From Macrostomum lignano (Eukaryota), in assembly GCA_002269645.1 (NCBI GenBank), contig NIVC01005001.1, positions 1-28,819 on the forward strand: a stretch of DNA of 28,819 nucleotides, read 5' to 3'. Position 1 is the first letter of the stretch. The number at the start of each line of letters is the position of its first letter. This document shows positions 1 to 15,264 of this stretch, piece after piece. The position numbers and the translations under genes were made by a program. Under the pieces are notes generated by a model that searched no databases, was not told the DNA's origin, and saw only the letters and a program-made list of their open reading frames with translations.

Positions 1-600
1 AGCAGTCATCTATAGACACTAGCAGTCATCTATAGACACTAGCAGTCATCTATAGACACTAGCAGTCATCTATAGACACTAGCAGTCATCTATAGACACT
101 AGCAGTCATCTATAGACACAAGCAGTCATCTATAGACACAAGCCAGTCATTTGTAGACACTGGCAGCCATCTAGAGACACTGGCAGCTTTCTAGAGACGC
201 TAGCAGTCATCTATAGATACTGCAGGCAGCCATGCATCTACATGTACATGTAGAGACAGCAGTCATCTTTACATGTATAGATACTGGCAGTCATCTAGAG
301 ATCCACTAGCAGCCATCAGAGACACTGTAGCAGTCATCTGTAGATACTGCATGGTAGCCATCTAGAGACACCGCAGTCATCTATAGATACTGACCGCCAT
401 CTACAGACACTACTATAGCTATCTATATGCATTAGCCGTCATTTACAGACCCGTGGAGCTATCTAGAGAATATTTATAGCAGACACTATAAGAGACCCTG
501 GTAGCCATAAGAGACCCTGGTAGACACTAAGAGACCCTGGTAGCCATACATTTACATGTATAGACACAATAGCATCCATCAATTAGACATTAGCAGTCAT
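1..600. repeat. 20-bp minisatellite (AGCAGTCATCTATAGACACT), near-perfect to ~140, then decaying; truncated by the window start
   Basis: About 7 near-identical copies at 1-140 and degenerate copies (CAGTCATCTA..GA.AC) out to ~600. A 3-copy TAAGAGACCCTGGTAG(C/A)CA sub-repeat lies at ~488-548. The unit contains the palindrome TCTATAGA. Confidence 0.95.
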
Positions 601-1423
601 CTATAGGCGTCACTCATTTATCTAGAGTCTAGAGACTTTGCAGCTATATGTAGAGGCAGTTAGCTGTTTTAGGGACAATTAGAAGCGATCAAGACATTTT
701 GAGTCGTCTAAAAGAGATTATACATGTACGAGTACATGTACTGCAGCAGCTTATCTGTTACACACGTATGTGTATACATTTGCGCGTGTACATGTATGTA
801 CCACATGTAGAGGACTTGCGGTCATTGAGCCGAGCAAGCACTGTCCACGATCAGCATGTGATTTTTAAATCATGTACATGCATGTACATGTACATTCGCG
901 ACATACATACATGAAACGGAACTTTCATCTTTCATACGCATTACTCATAGAGGGTCAGTGATTTGCAAAGTACAAATGGAACACTGATCAATGTCAAAAG
1001 GGCACATTTTTCAATTACATGAGCATGTTTATGTGTAATGCATGTATGATTACTGTAAGAAGTTTGCAGCTTACATGTGAATATTTAGGTTACGTGCATC
1101 ATTTATGCATGTAAATTAATTTAAATTTTCCACCATTATCAAATTTTGTACAGTTGGTAGTTCAATGAATTTTCTGTTACTGTGTTTGCATGTAATAAAA
1201 ATGAGTAACAAAAAACCATAAGAGTTCTTATTTATTTACCATAATAAATTTTGTACTTTTATTTAACCATGCTTTGATAAAATATTACCAAATTGCACTT
1301 GCTGTGTATTTGTTGCTTAGCCAGCTGCTTAACTTGATGGATGTCAAATAAAATATTACAAAAATTCAAATAATAATTTAGTAACCAAATAACAAGGGGA
1401 AAAATAATGCTTTACTTTCACAT

Positions 1424-1429
1424 TTTATT
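1424..1429 (-). promoter_or_regulatory. candidate polyadenylation signal (AATAAA) for the H1 gene
   Basis: Plus-strand TTTATT at 1424-1429, ~400 nt past the H1 stop in an AT-rich 3' region; further copies at 1231-1236 and 1258-1263. No histone 3' stem-loop seen after the stop. Confidence 0.35.
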
Positions 1430-1824
1430 TAAAATATACATTTAAACTGATAATTTAAATAATTATTCAAATTCATTTTAATTTCAGTATTATCATTGCA
1501 ATTTAATTATATTTTAATTAACCAACCTGTAATTATAATATTAATATTTACAAGACTGAAACAAGAGTTATTAAATGCGCAAGTTTACTAATTTAATTAA
1601 TTATTAATATGATTAATAGGGCTCGTTTTGGTGCTTTGCCTTAGTTAGTAGTAGAAACAAATAAAAAAACAGAATAAAAAAATAAACTATAACTATGCAG
1701 ACATTATGAATTTTACAGTACAGAATGACAGACAAAACGATGGCTAAACTTGAAATTTGAAAAGTGGATCAGTCAGCAAAGCAGCAATAAGGAATCAGTT
1801 ATTATTATCAGAGTTCATGGCTGT

Positions 1825-2584
1825 TCACTTCTTGGCCGCCTTCTTAGTCGGCGTCTTCTTCGGCCGGGCCGCCTTCTTGGGCGACTTGGCCTTCTTGGCG
1901 GCAGGCGACTTGGCCGCCTTCGCCTTGGAGTCTTCTTGGCCGCCGGCTTCCTGCCAGCTTTCGCCTTCGGTGTGGCCGGAGCGGCGGCCGCTGGGGCAGC
2001 AGCGGCGGCCGGGGCAGCGGCGGCCGGAGCTGCGGCCGGGGCGGCGGCGGGTGCCTTCCTGGTCCTCTTGGCCGCCGGCGACTTGGCCTTCTTGGCGGCC
2101 GGAGACTTGGCTTTCTTGGCGGCCGGCGATTTGGCTTTCTTGGCGGCCGGCGATTTGGCCTTCTTGGCGGCCGGCGACTTTGGCTTCTTGGCGGCCGGTG
2201 ATTTTGGCTTCCTGGCGGCTGCTGGCGACTTTGGCTTCTTGGCCTTGGGCGACTTCGGCTTCTTGACGGCGGCGGCCTTCTCGCCCTTCTTGGCCAGCTG
2301 GAAGGAGCCGCTGGCCCCGGCACCCTTCGTGTGGGTGTACCGGCCGCTCTTACTGCCAGCCTTCAAAGCGGCCTTGACGTAGACGTCGATCTTCTCGTTG
2401 GCGTCGAACTTGTAGTTGGCACGCAGGTACTTCACGATGGCCTGACGGCTGGAGCCTTTGCGCTCTTCAGGCCCGCAATGGCGGCGTTGATCATGTCAGT
2501 GTAGGACGGATGGCTCTTCGGCTTGGCAGGCTTCTTCGGCTTCGGCACCTTCTTGGCCGGGGCGGCAGCTGCTGGGGCGCTCAT
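1825..2584 (-). CDS. H1: linker histone H1 (H1/H5 family), ~253 aa after repairing two 1-nt deletions
   Basis: ATG at 2584 gives MSAPAAAAPAKKVPKPKKPAKPKSHPSYTDMINAAIAGLK. Adding one base at ~2465 continues ERKGSSRQAIVKYLRANYKF...KGAGASGSFQL, a winged-helix globular domain. A K/A/P-rich tail follows; a second added base at ~1927 gives TPKAKAAKSP...KKAAKK and TGA at 1827-1825. 760 nt + 2 = 254 codons. No intron. Confidence 0.93.
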
Positions 2585-2689
2585 AGTTGTAGGTAGGAAT
2601 AGGTTGGATAGTAGAATTGGGGCAAGACAAAGCAAGGCTAGCAAGAGCAGAGGAGCGGAGGAGAGGGAATGAATTCGGAACTCGCTAAT

Positions 2690-2765
2690 GGCGGCCCCGC
2701 CAATTCTATAGTTGAAAAACTGGACCGCATCATTGTGTTCCACACAGACCCAGCCCGCCCGCCCA
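2690..2765 (-). promoter_or_regulatory. putative H1 proximal promoter: GC boxes, CCAAT, TATA-like and H1-box-like words
   Basis: On the minus strand: GGGCGGGCGGG (~2754-2764), GAACACA (2734-2740, one mismatch to the H1-box AAACACA), TATAGAA (~2704-2710) and GGCGGGG (~2696-2702). CCAAT lies on the plus strand at 2700-2704. Short motifs only. Confidence 0.3.
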
Positions 2766-3879
2766 GGCCATGGCAGAAATGACAGCCCTAGCTGAGACAG
2801 CGCTAGTGCCTTTAGAAAAACTCAAATATCTCAGCAACGGTACAGAATTATTTCTTGAACTTGGTGTCGTATTATTCCTAAGAAAAATATCTTTCGAATG
2901 GTATAAGTATTAATAGTATTTATTGCGTCAAAATAAAAGAAATTTGCAAAATACTGCGTGAGACGATGAAAAATTATAGGGTCATGCAAACTATTTCCAG
3001 TTGTGCTTAAGACAGAGAAGTACTTGGAAGGCCAAAACTGCACAAAAATATTCTTAATTATATGCCCTATCTGATTAGCAAATAAAATTTTGTCTGAAGA
3101 GGCTGAAAGAAGGAAAAATGGACATTTAATGTGATGACCACCTATTACTTTTTGCGATAAGGTATTCACAACGTATTTTATTAGGTGATTTATTATTCGA
3201 ATAAAATGCTTAAAACCAAAACTAACTCGATAAAAGCACTCTAATATCATTGCTAAACAACATGAGAGTAGAAAATTTAAGAATGGGGCTCGAAAAATGG
3301 CCAGAAATTGATGGAAACTAATGCAGTGCATTGCCTATTGAGTGGCAGTTTTTGCCCGAAAGCAACCGAAAGCTTGGGCCCATTTAGCTTTGAAAACTGT
3401 GTCATGGCGATAAAATAGCATCAAATTCTTTCATTCATTGCTAAATAATGGACCGCTTTATTAATTTTTTTCTAATTTATTCTTTGTTGATCCAATTTTC
3501 AGCACATTAGACCAATTTTAAAGCTTCTTTCTATATCAAGCATTTACAATACATTAGCTATAGCTGTATTCTGGCTATCTAACCAACACAGGCACACAGC
3601 GAATTTCAATACAACACCCGTTCGGCATTCAAATTGGGAGCAAATATATCAAGGCAACAAAAAATCGAATAATACAGAATATAGCGAATACCACAGCTTA
3701 GCAAGCTAAATATCCCCACGTAGCACGGAGCTATGTTGTTCGGAAGAAACAGAACCCAGGATGACTCATGCGTCATACCTTATCTTCACCTATGCACTTG
3801 GCAGTTTAGAGTTTAAGGGGTTGGATGCTTGCATTGAAAACATAAAATTCACCTCCAACTGTTCACCATTTTCGCTCCA

Positions 3880-4770
3880 ACTCCCTACTACCTCTCATTC
3901 TACTCACCCTCTCACTCTACTCACCCTCTCACTCTACTCCACTCTCACTCTACACCCAATCTCACTCTACTCCCCTCTCACTAGCTACATCCCTCTCATT
4001 CTATTCCCTCTCACTCTACTCACCCTCTCACTCTCCCCTCTCACTAGCTACTCCCCTCTCACTCTACTTCCCTCTCACTCTACTCTCCTCACTCTACTCC
4101 CCTCTCACTCTACTCTCCTCACTCTACCACTTTACTCCAATCTCACTCTACTCCCCTCAATCTATTCCCCTCTCACTGATCTACTCCCCTCATTCTACTC
4201 CCCCTCTCACTCTTCCCTCTCACTAGCTACTCCCCTCTCACTATACTCTCCTCACTCTACCACTTTACTTCAATCTCACTCTACTCCCCTCAATTTATTC
4301 CCCTCTCACTCTACTCCCCTCTCATTCTACTCCCCTCTCATTCTGCTCCCTCTCTCACTCTACTCCCCCTCTCACTCTACTCCCCTTCTCACTCTACTCC
4401 TCTCTCACTAGCTACACCCCTCTCACTCTATTCCCTCTCACTCTACTCACCCTCTCACTCTCTCCTCTCACTAGCTACTCCCCTCTCACTCTACTCCCCT
4501 CTCACTACTATGAATACTTCCCTCTCACTCTACTACCTTATTCTACCACTCTACTTCCATCTCACTCTACTTCCCTCACACTCTACTACTCCCCTCTCAT
4601 TCTACTCACCTCTCACTCTTCCCTCTCACTAGCTACTCCTCTCTCACTCTACTCCCCCTCTCACTTTACTCCCCTCTCACTCTACTCCCCTCTCACTCAA
4701 CTCTCCTAACTAAACTCCCCTTCTCACTCTACTCCCTCTCCCTCTCACTCAACTCTCCTAACTCAACTGT
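3880..4770. repeat. pyrimidine-rich ~16-bp minisatellite (CTCTCACTCTACTCCC with CTCTCACTAGCTACTCCC variants)
   Basis: Continuous, almost G-free array. A longer variant block (CTCTACCACTTTACT.CAATCTCACTCTACTCCCCTCA...) recurs at ~4122, ~4256 and ~4545. Confidence 0.95.
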
Positions 4771-5212
4771 CAGAAAGTCACATCTAGATTTTGCACAGAA
4801 TTCTCAGCAAACTTGTTTGAATCCTCATTTCTAATGATCTCATAATATAATGAGTTTTTCATACTTGAGAATATGTATTTATGGGTGGGTGTAAATAATG
4901 TACATGGAGGTGCATTGTTTCAGCGATCCATGCACTCTATGCAGTGTTGTGCCGCTCTGCCAACTGTGGTGGATGAGGTGCATAAGCATTCGCCAAAGGC
5001 TCCGAGTACACTTACAGGCGCCTTGTACTGCGTGTGAAAACAAACTGTGTTCGTACTTGAGCACTGGATACAATGGAGTACAGTTCTACCCTATAGTTGC
5101 CTATGGAAGTCTGTTTTGGCGCTAAATTAAAATTGAAATTAAAATAATAAGAATTTCTATGTTCATTTATGCGAGCGTATATTCGAAAAAGGGATTAATG
5201 CACGTATAGATT

Positions 5213-10211
<4,999 letters not shown>

Positions 10212-10441
10212 ATCCGTTGAAGAGAACCAATGTGCAAACTGCCGCAAGAAAGCAAAGGGAACAACAAACTTCCTGCTTTCAGTAGTCAGAATATCCCCTA
10301 GGTTTCCAGTTTAGAGCAGTAATAACACTGTGGGTATACCAGTGACAGTTCAGTAGGAAGAGCTCAATTAGCCAACATATTTGCTTTATTCACTACTTTC
10401 CCCAGTAGAATCCATGGCTTTTGGCATTAATTTACATTCAA

Positions 10442-10451
10442 AATAAATAAA
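10442..10451 (+). promoter_or_regulatory. candidate polyadenylation signal of the TRP gene (overlapping AATAAA x2)
   Basis: AATAAATAAA ~230 nt after the stop codon. Confidence 0.4.
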
Positions 10452-10881
10452 GATTACTTCGTTTCGCTCAGCCTTGAAATTATTATTTAGTTAATTCAAT
10501 AATTTCGAAAACCTGGATAACACGGCTGGGTGACTTTTGATTGGCGGTTGAAAATTTCTGACATCAGTTTCAGCCATATGCTGGAATTCCCACTGATATA
10601 CTGTTTCACAATTCATCAATGTTTGAGACCTGTCAGAACAGCTTTAAGCCTACAAATTTTGAGTGTAAATGAGTGCTATGAGAGTATCTTGACAAATCCA
10701 GCTGTTTTCCCAATTTTCTCAGGCAAATACAAAACAGGGTGTCAATCAAGCAACCCAGCAGCTCCAGTTAGATTTTATTTTAAATGTAACACGTCTTTTG
10801 CCTTTTGTGCGGGAGACACCATCGAAGCAGAAGAGCTCCGTTTATCTACCAGCGACATAAAAAAATAATTTCGGTTTCGAA

Positions 10882-11616
10882 ATGCGCCTAATCGAGTTTT
10901 GGTTTTCAAATTCTCTCCTAGCTGCAGTTACTCAGCTGCCGCAGTCGCAGGCCCTGTCGTGTCCCGCACCGTTCACCATGCAGGCCGGTCTGTGCCTGTT
11001 CGTGAGCACAGCTCACAGCAACAGCTGGTGCTCAGCCAATCGGCACTGCGCATCGATCGGAGGCGAGCTGCTCAACTCGCACAGCTCCATCCTGGCGCTG
11101 AATCGCAGCGGCATCAGCTCATCCTGCAGCTGCGACCTGTGGCTCGGACTGAGCGACCTGGCTGATGAGAGAGGCGAGAAGAGAGGCGGCTGGCAGAGGG
11201 TCAACGGAAATGGCCTCGCCAGTCCTGAAAGTCTCTTTGGCACAGACGAACCATCAGGAGGTGCTGATGAAAACTGCATTCGGATGGACGAACTTGGACT
11301 GCTCAGAGACATCAATTGCAACCGTAAATATGAATTCGCTTGCGAGTACAAGGACCCCTCTGCTTACCGGAAGCTCGCCAATTGGAAGAAGGTGTCGTTC
11401 AAAAAAGCCAACTACAACACCGAGTACTGCTTCACCGATGTGCCGAATGTGAGCAGCGCTGTTGAGTGCGTTGCAGCCGCTATGAGTGACGCCAGCTGCA
11501 GACACGTGCTGTACAACAGCAAGCTGAGAGCCTGCCGCCTGCTGCTGTTCACCGACGCTCAGGTGGAGGAGGAAATCGAGACGAACGCCGACTGGGTCAA
11601 GTTTCAACTGCTCTGA
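10882..11616 (+). CDS. probably secreted C-type lectin domain protein with a C-terminal PAN/apple-like domain (244 aa)
   Basis: CTLD pattern: CPAPF..AGLCLFV...WCSANRHCASIGGEL..LWLGLSD..W..V.G..EPS..ENC...LRDINC...FACEY. It is followed by the PAN-like SSAVECVAAAMSDASCRHVLYNSKLRACRL. The N-terminus is only weakly signal-like, and the true start could lie in an upstream exon (possible acceptor TTCTCTCCTAG at ~10911-10921). Confidence 0.85.
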   Translation: MRLIEFWFSNSLLAAVTQLPQSQALSCPAPFTMQAGLCLFVSTAHSNSWCSANRHCASIGGELLNSHSSILALNRSGISSSCSCDLWLGLSDLADERGEKRGGWQRVNGNGLASPESLFGTDEPSGGADENCIRMDELGLLRDINCNRKYEFACEYKDPSAYRKLANWKKVSFKKANYNTEYCFTDVPNVSSAVECVAAAMSDASCRHVLYNSKLRACRLLLFTDAQVEEEIETNADWVKFQLL

Positions 11617-11834
11617 TCATCCAAACTGGCTTTGGTGCGCGTACACCTTGAAAGATGAATTAAACTTCAAATTAACTCGATTAATGAACTAATATCAACA
11701 AAATTATATTATGTACTTGTAGCTTCACGGACTTAAAAAATCTTACAAAACCTGTAGAATCTATCAGAACTTGAGCTTTTTTACTAGCCTTAGGGCTGCA
11801 CTTGTACAAGTACCTAATTGTACCTTGCTCTTAA

Positions 11835-12185
11835 CCAGGGCGTAGCCAGGGACCATGCCTCAATTAGTCTGATAAGAACTGTAGTGCTGCCATTACAGCA
11901 GCTGTGGCGCCCCTGGTGCTAAAGCCCCTGGTGCTAAAGCCCCTGGTGCTAAAGCCCCTGGTGCTAAAGCCCCTGGTGCTAAAGCCCCTGGTGCTAAGGC
12001 CCTGGTGCTAAAGCCCCTGGTGCTAAAGCCGCTGGTGCTAAAGCCCCTGGTGCTAAAGCCCCTGGTGCTAAAGCTTCTGATTCTGGTGCCTTGATAATGG
12101 CATCCCAAGCAAGATCATGGCGCCCCACGATGGCGCCCCGAAATACGCACCCGTCCCATAAAAAGCCCTGGCTACACGCCCCTGG
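11835..12185. mobile_element. MITE-like element with imperfect terminal inverted repeats enclosing a 15-bp satellite
   Basis: Left end CCAGGGCGTAGCCAGGG (11835-11851). Right end CCCTGGCTACACGCCCCTGG (12166-12185) is the reverse complement of the left end with small insertions. No clear target-site duplication. Confidence 0.6.
11909..12072. repeat. 15-bp tandem repeat GCCCCTGGTGCTAAA x11
   Basis: Direct reading; one 14-bp unit and two single-base variants. Confidence 0.98.
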
Positions 12186-13104
12186 TTTGTGCACTACTAC
12201 ATGCTTATCTCGTAAAATTAAAATCAAAATTTTATTTTATTTTTGGAAATTTTTCAAAAATAAAAGCCCATTTTACAAACACCTACTTTACTATGCGAAA
12301 TCAAACTTATTACATGTACATTGCTACACTTGATCTTACAAATCTTACAATGTAGAATCCGATGAAATTTTGCAATCGCGAAAATTTTGCAAATGCTGAT
12401 TAAAACGGCCCATTTAGTGACAAACAATCAAATTCCGCAGGATATTTTTTATTAATATTTAATCAATTATTGAGCACTAATGATAGAAATATCAATGATT
12501 GCCTTAACATTTGCTGACCCATGTAAGCGATTTGCTTCAAAAAATAGTTTTACAAGCTGGTGCAGTTGCGGTTGTAAAGATCGCATGAAGGTGTATATAT
12601 TATAATGCTGAATATAACTTATCGTATACATTATCAATCAGTAGAAAATATTGAGATAATGTAATTTTCACTCTAATCTGCAAACATAATGCCTATAGTA
12701 ATTAAGCATAGATTTCATAGTTTGTCCCTAAAATGGCCGTTTTATCAGAATTTTGCATGCATAAACTTATAACGTTGCATTCAGCGATCCCTAAACTAAT
12801 TTTGACTTGACAACAGTATACGTAGTTTGTAGCAGATGCTGACGTGAAACCTACATGTACATACTATCTACCACCTGTCTATGCAGACATCTACAGTTAT
12901 GTCTAAGATCTCATGTCTGTTATTGTTAATTTATCGACCATAAAAAACCGAGTATAAGCTGTACGCACGGTACTGTACTGTACTGTACCTGACAGGGGAG
13001 ATCACATGTCCATCCCCTCCAGCTCCAATGCTGCGTGTCCCAGCACCCCACCTTGAGACCCGTTATTAAAATCAATAGTTTTGCTTGAGGGCCCCAAATA
13101 TATA

Positions 13105-13750
13105 GCGCCTGCGGCGCAAATATGAGTGCCTGCGGCGCCAAAAAAGGCGACTGCGGCGCCAAGATGAGTGCCTGCGGCGCCAAAAAAGGCGACTGCGGCG
13201 CCAAAATGAGTGCCTGCCGCGCAAAAATGAGTGCCTGAATGCGGCGCCAAAATGAGTGCCTGAATGCGGCGCCAAAATGAGTGCCTGAATGCGGCGCCAA
13301 AATGAGGGTCTGCGGCGCCAAAATGAGGGCCTGCGGCGCCAAAATGAGTGCCTGAATGCGGCGCCAAAATGAGTGCCTGAATGCGGCGCCAAAATGAGTG
13401 CCTGAATGCGGCGCCAAAATGAGGGCCTGCGGCGCCAAAATGAGTGCCTGAATGCGGCGCCAAAATGAGTGCCTGAATGCGGCGCCAAAATGAGTGCCTG
13501 AATGCGGCGCCAAAATGAGGGCCTGCGGCGCCAAAATGAGGGCCTGCGGCGCCAAAATGAGTGCCTGCGGCACCAAAATGAGTGCTTGAATGCGGCGCCA
13601 AAATGAGTGCCTGCTACGCGAAAATGAGTGCCTGCGGCGCTAAAATGAGTGCCTGTGGCGCCCAAATGAGTGCCTGAATGTGACGCCAAAATGAGTGCCT
13701 GAATGTGACGCCAAAATGAGTGCCTGAATGTGACGCCAAAATGAGTGTTT
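13105..13750. repeat. 21/25-bp minisatellite GCGGCGCCAAAATGAGTGCCT(GAAT)
   Basis: Mixed 21- and 25-bp units, most with GGCGCC. The array starts at the mini-hairpin GCGCC-TGC-GGCGC (13105-13117) and ends shortly before TGGCGACGCCCCTG (13778-13791). Confidence 0.97.
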
Positions 13751-15264
13751 GCGTGTCCCCCCACCATATAGAATTCATGGCGACGCCCCTGCGTATGTAC
13801 ATGTACTGGGGCGCAGATGACATGCAAGTGTAGACGCACATGTAGAGCACAGTCTACCAAGCCTGACGTTTTTACCATTGCCTAATTAAGACTCAGTTTA
13901 GTACAGATTCTTTCGCTACAGTCTAGAATAAAACCAACAAAAAATCCAATATGCAAGCAAAAGTATTTTTAATTAAAAACGGAATCGTTACCGCTGAGGC
14001 TCCTATAGTTATATTATTGATTTATGGATAGTTGGGTGTATTTTAATTTCAAAAGCAGACTAGAATACTCGTAGCTGCATGGTATGAGAAATGATAATTG
14101 GTTTTGTTTAACTTTACTACCGTTTCCATGAAACAGAAAAATGAGACCAAAAATAAATTTGGTGAATCCATAACTTATCTGAAATATAATAGTAATAATC
14201 ATTATGATAATAGTATCATGATTTTTATTAACGCAGACGTGACGATGTTATTTTATACAGAAACTGAAAAAAAACTGAAATAAGATATTTGGGACGCGGA
14301 GACTCGAAAAATGACTACATGTAATTGATAATTAATAAATATATTATTTGAAAGATCACTATTTACAAATGCAAAGTGACCGCCTAAAGCTATAAGGATT
14401 TTGTATAAGCTATCTGCTTGGACTGTGGCGTTGTTATTAAGACGAAAGTTTTGTGAATTAATTAACAAAAAATTGAACGGTTATTGGTTACACATTTGTA
14501 TACACGAAACACTAATTTGCTTGAATAATGTAAATGCAACGCGATGAAAGTTGAAGAAACGAAGGTTATGAAAAACACCGAGACAAAAAATAAGCTTCTA
14601 ACAATCAACCCCAATATAACACTAGTCCCCACAGTTTCCTTAAAATTAACTAAAAATCCTATTGTTTAGTAGTCTACTATAAGTAGCGAGCACTCCTGTT
14701 AAACAGTCTTCTCAATTTATTAGTAAAATTCTAATTAAATGATAAATAATCAGTCAGGTGATCCGATCGTCTTTGAAAACGAGTGAAACTACTAAAAGTA
14801 GGATGAATCGCTAGGAACTACGCAAAAAAAAAATTTATATATATATATATACAATTCCTATTTTAAACGTGACAATTAATTGTCGTTTGAAAGGGAAACT
14901 GAAAGAAGAAAACATAGCTGATGGCTATATGCGACTATAGTAGAGATAAGAGAAAAACGCACCGAAAGACTACTTAATTAGTAGCAGTAGAATAGAGCGA
15001 GCATGTGTGGCTAAACTTAGTATGTAAGTAAAATAATAGAAGTTACTTTATAAGCAACGAAGATAAAGCGAGTAACTGTTAGTTTAATGATTATAATCTA
15101 GTAGAATATATGCACGCTTATTGCTGAAAATAAAATATAATTTTGATAGAGAGGCGCGGTGCCAAAATTTATGGCAATCTACTTACAAAAAGGACTCATC
15201 CTTTGCTTGCATCTGTAGTTCTGCAACCAACTAGTTAATACTTTCAATTTTCGATTAGAGACCA

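Noticed and set aside
1750-2382. Plus-strand ORFs 1750..2382 and 1757..2266, and minus ORF 1844..2323
   Set aside because: Antisense or alternative-frame shadows of the GC-rich, repetitive H1 tail.
3761-4411. 216-aa Leu/Ser/Pro/Thr ORF
   Set aside because: Translation of the CT minisatellite; no domain.
4879-5040. Short frame containing VVDEVHK, resembling a DExH Walker B motif
   Set aside because: Isolated motif in a ~50-codon frame with no Walker A or other helicase motifs; likely chance.
10530-10868. 112-aa ORF upstream of the lectin
   Set aside because: Non-ATG start, AT-rich, no recognisable motif; cannot be joined convincingly to the lectin.
11893-13878. ORFs with ALAPG, QALILAP, HSGTHFGAA and RHSFWRR repeats
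   Set aside because: Stop-free frames of the 15-bp and 21/25-bp arrays.
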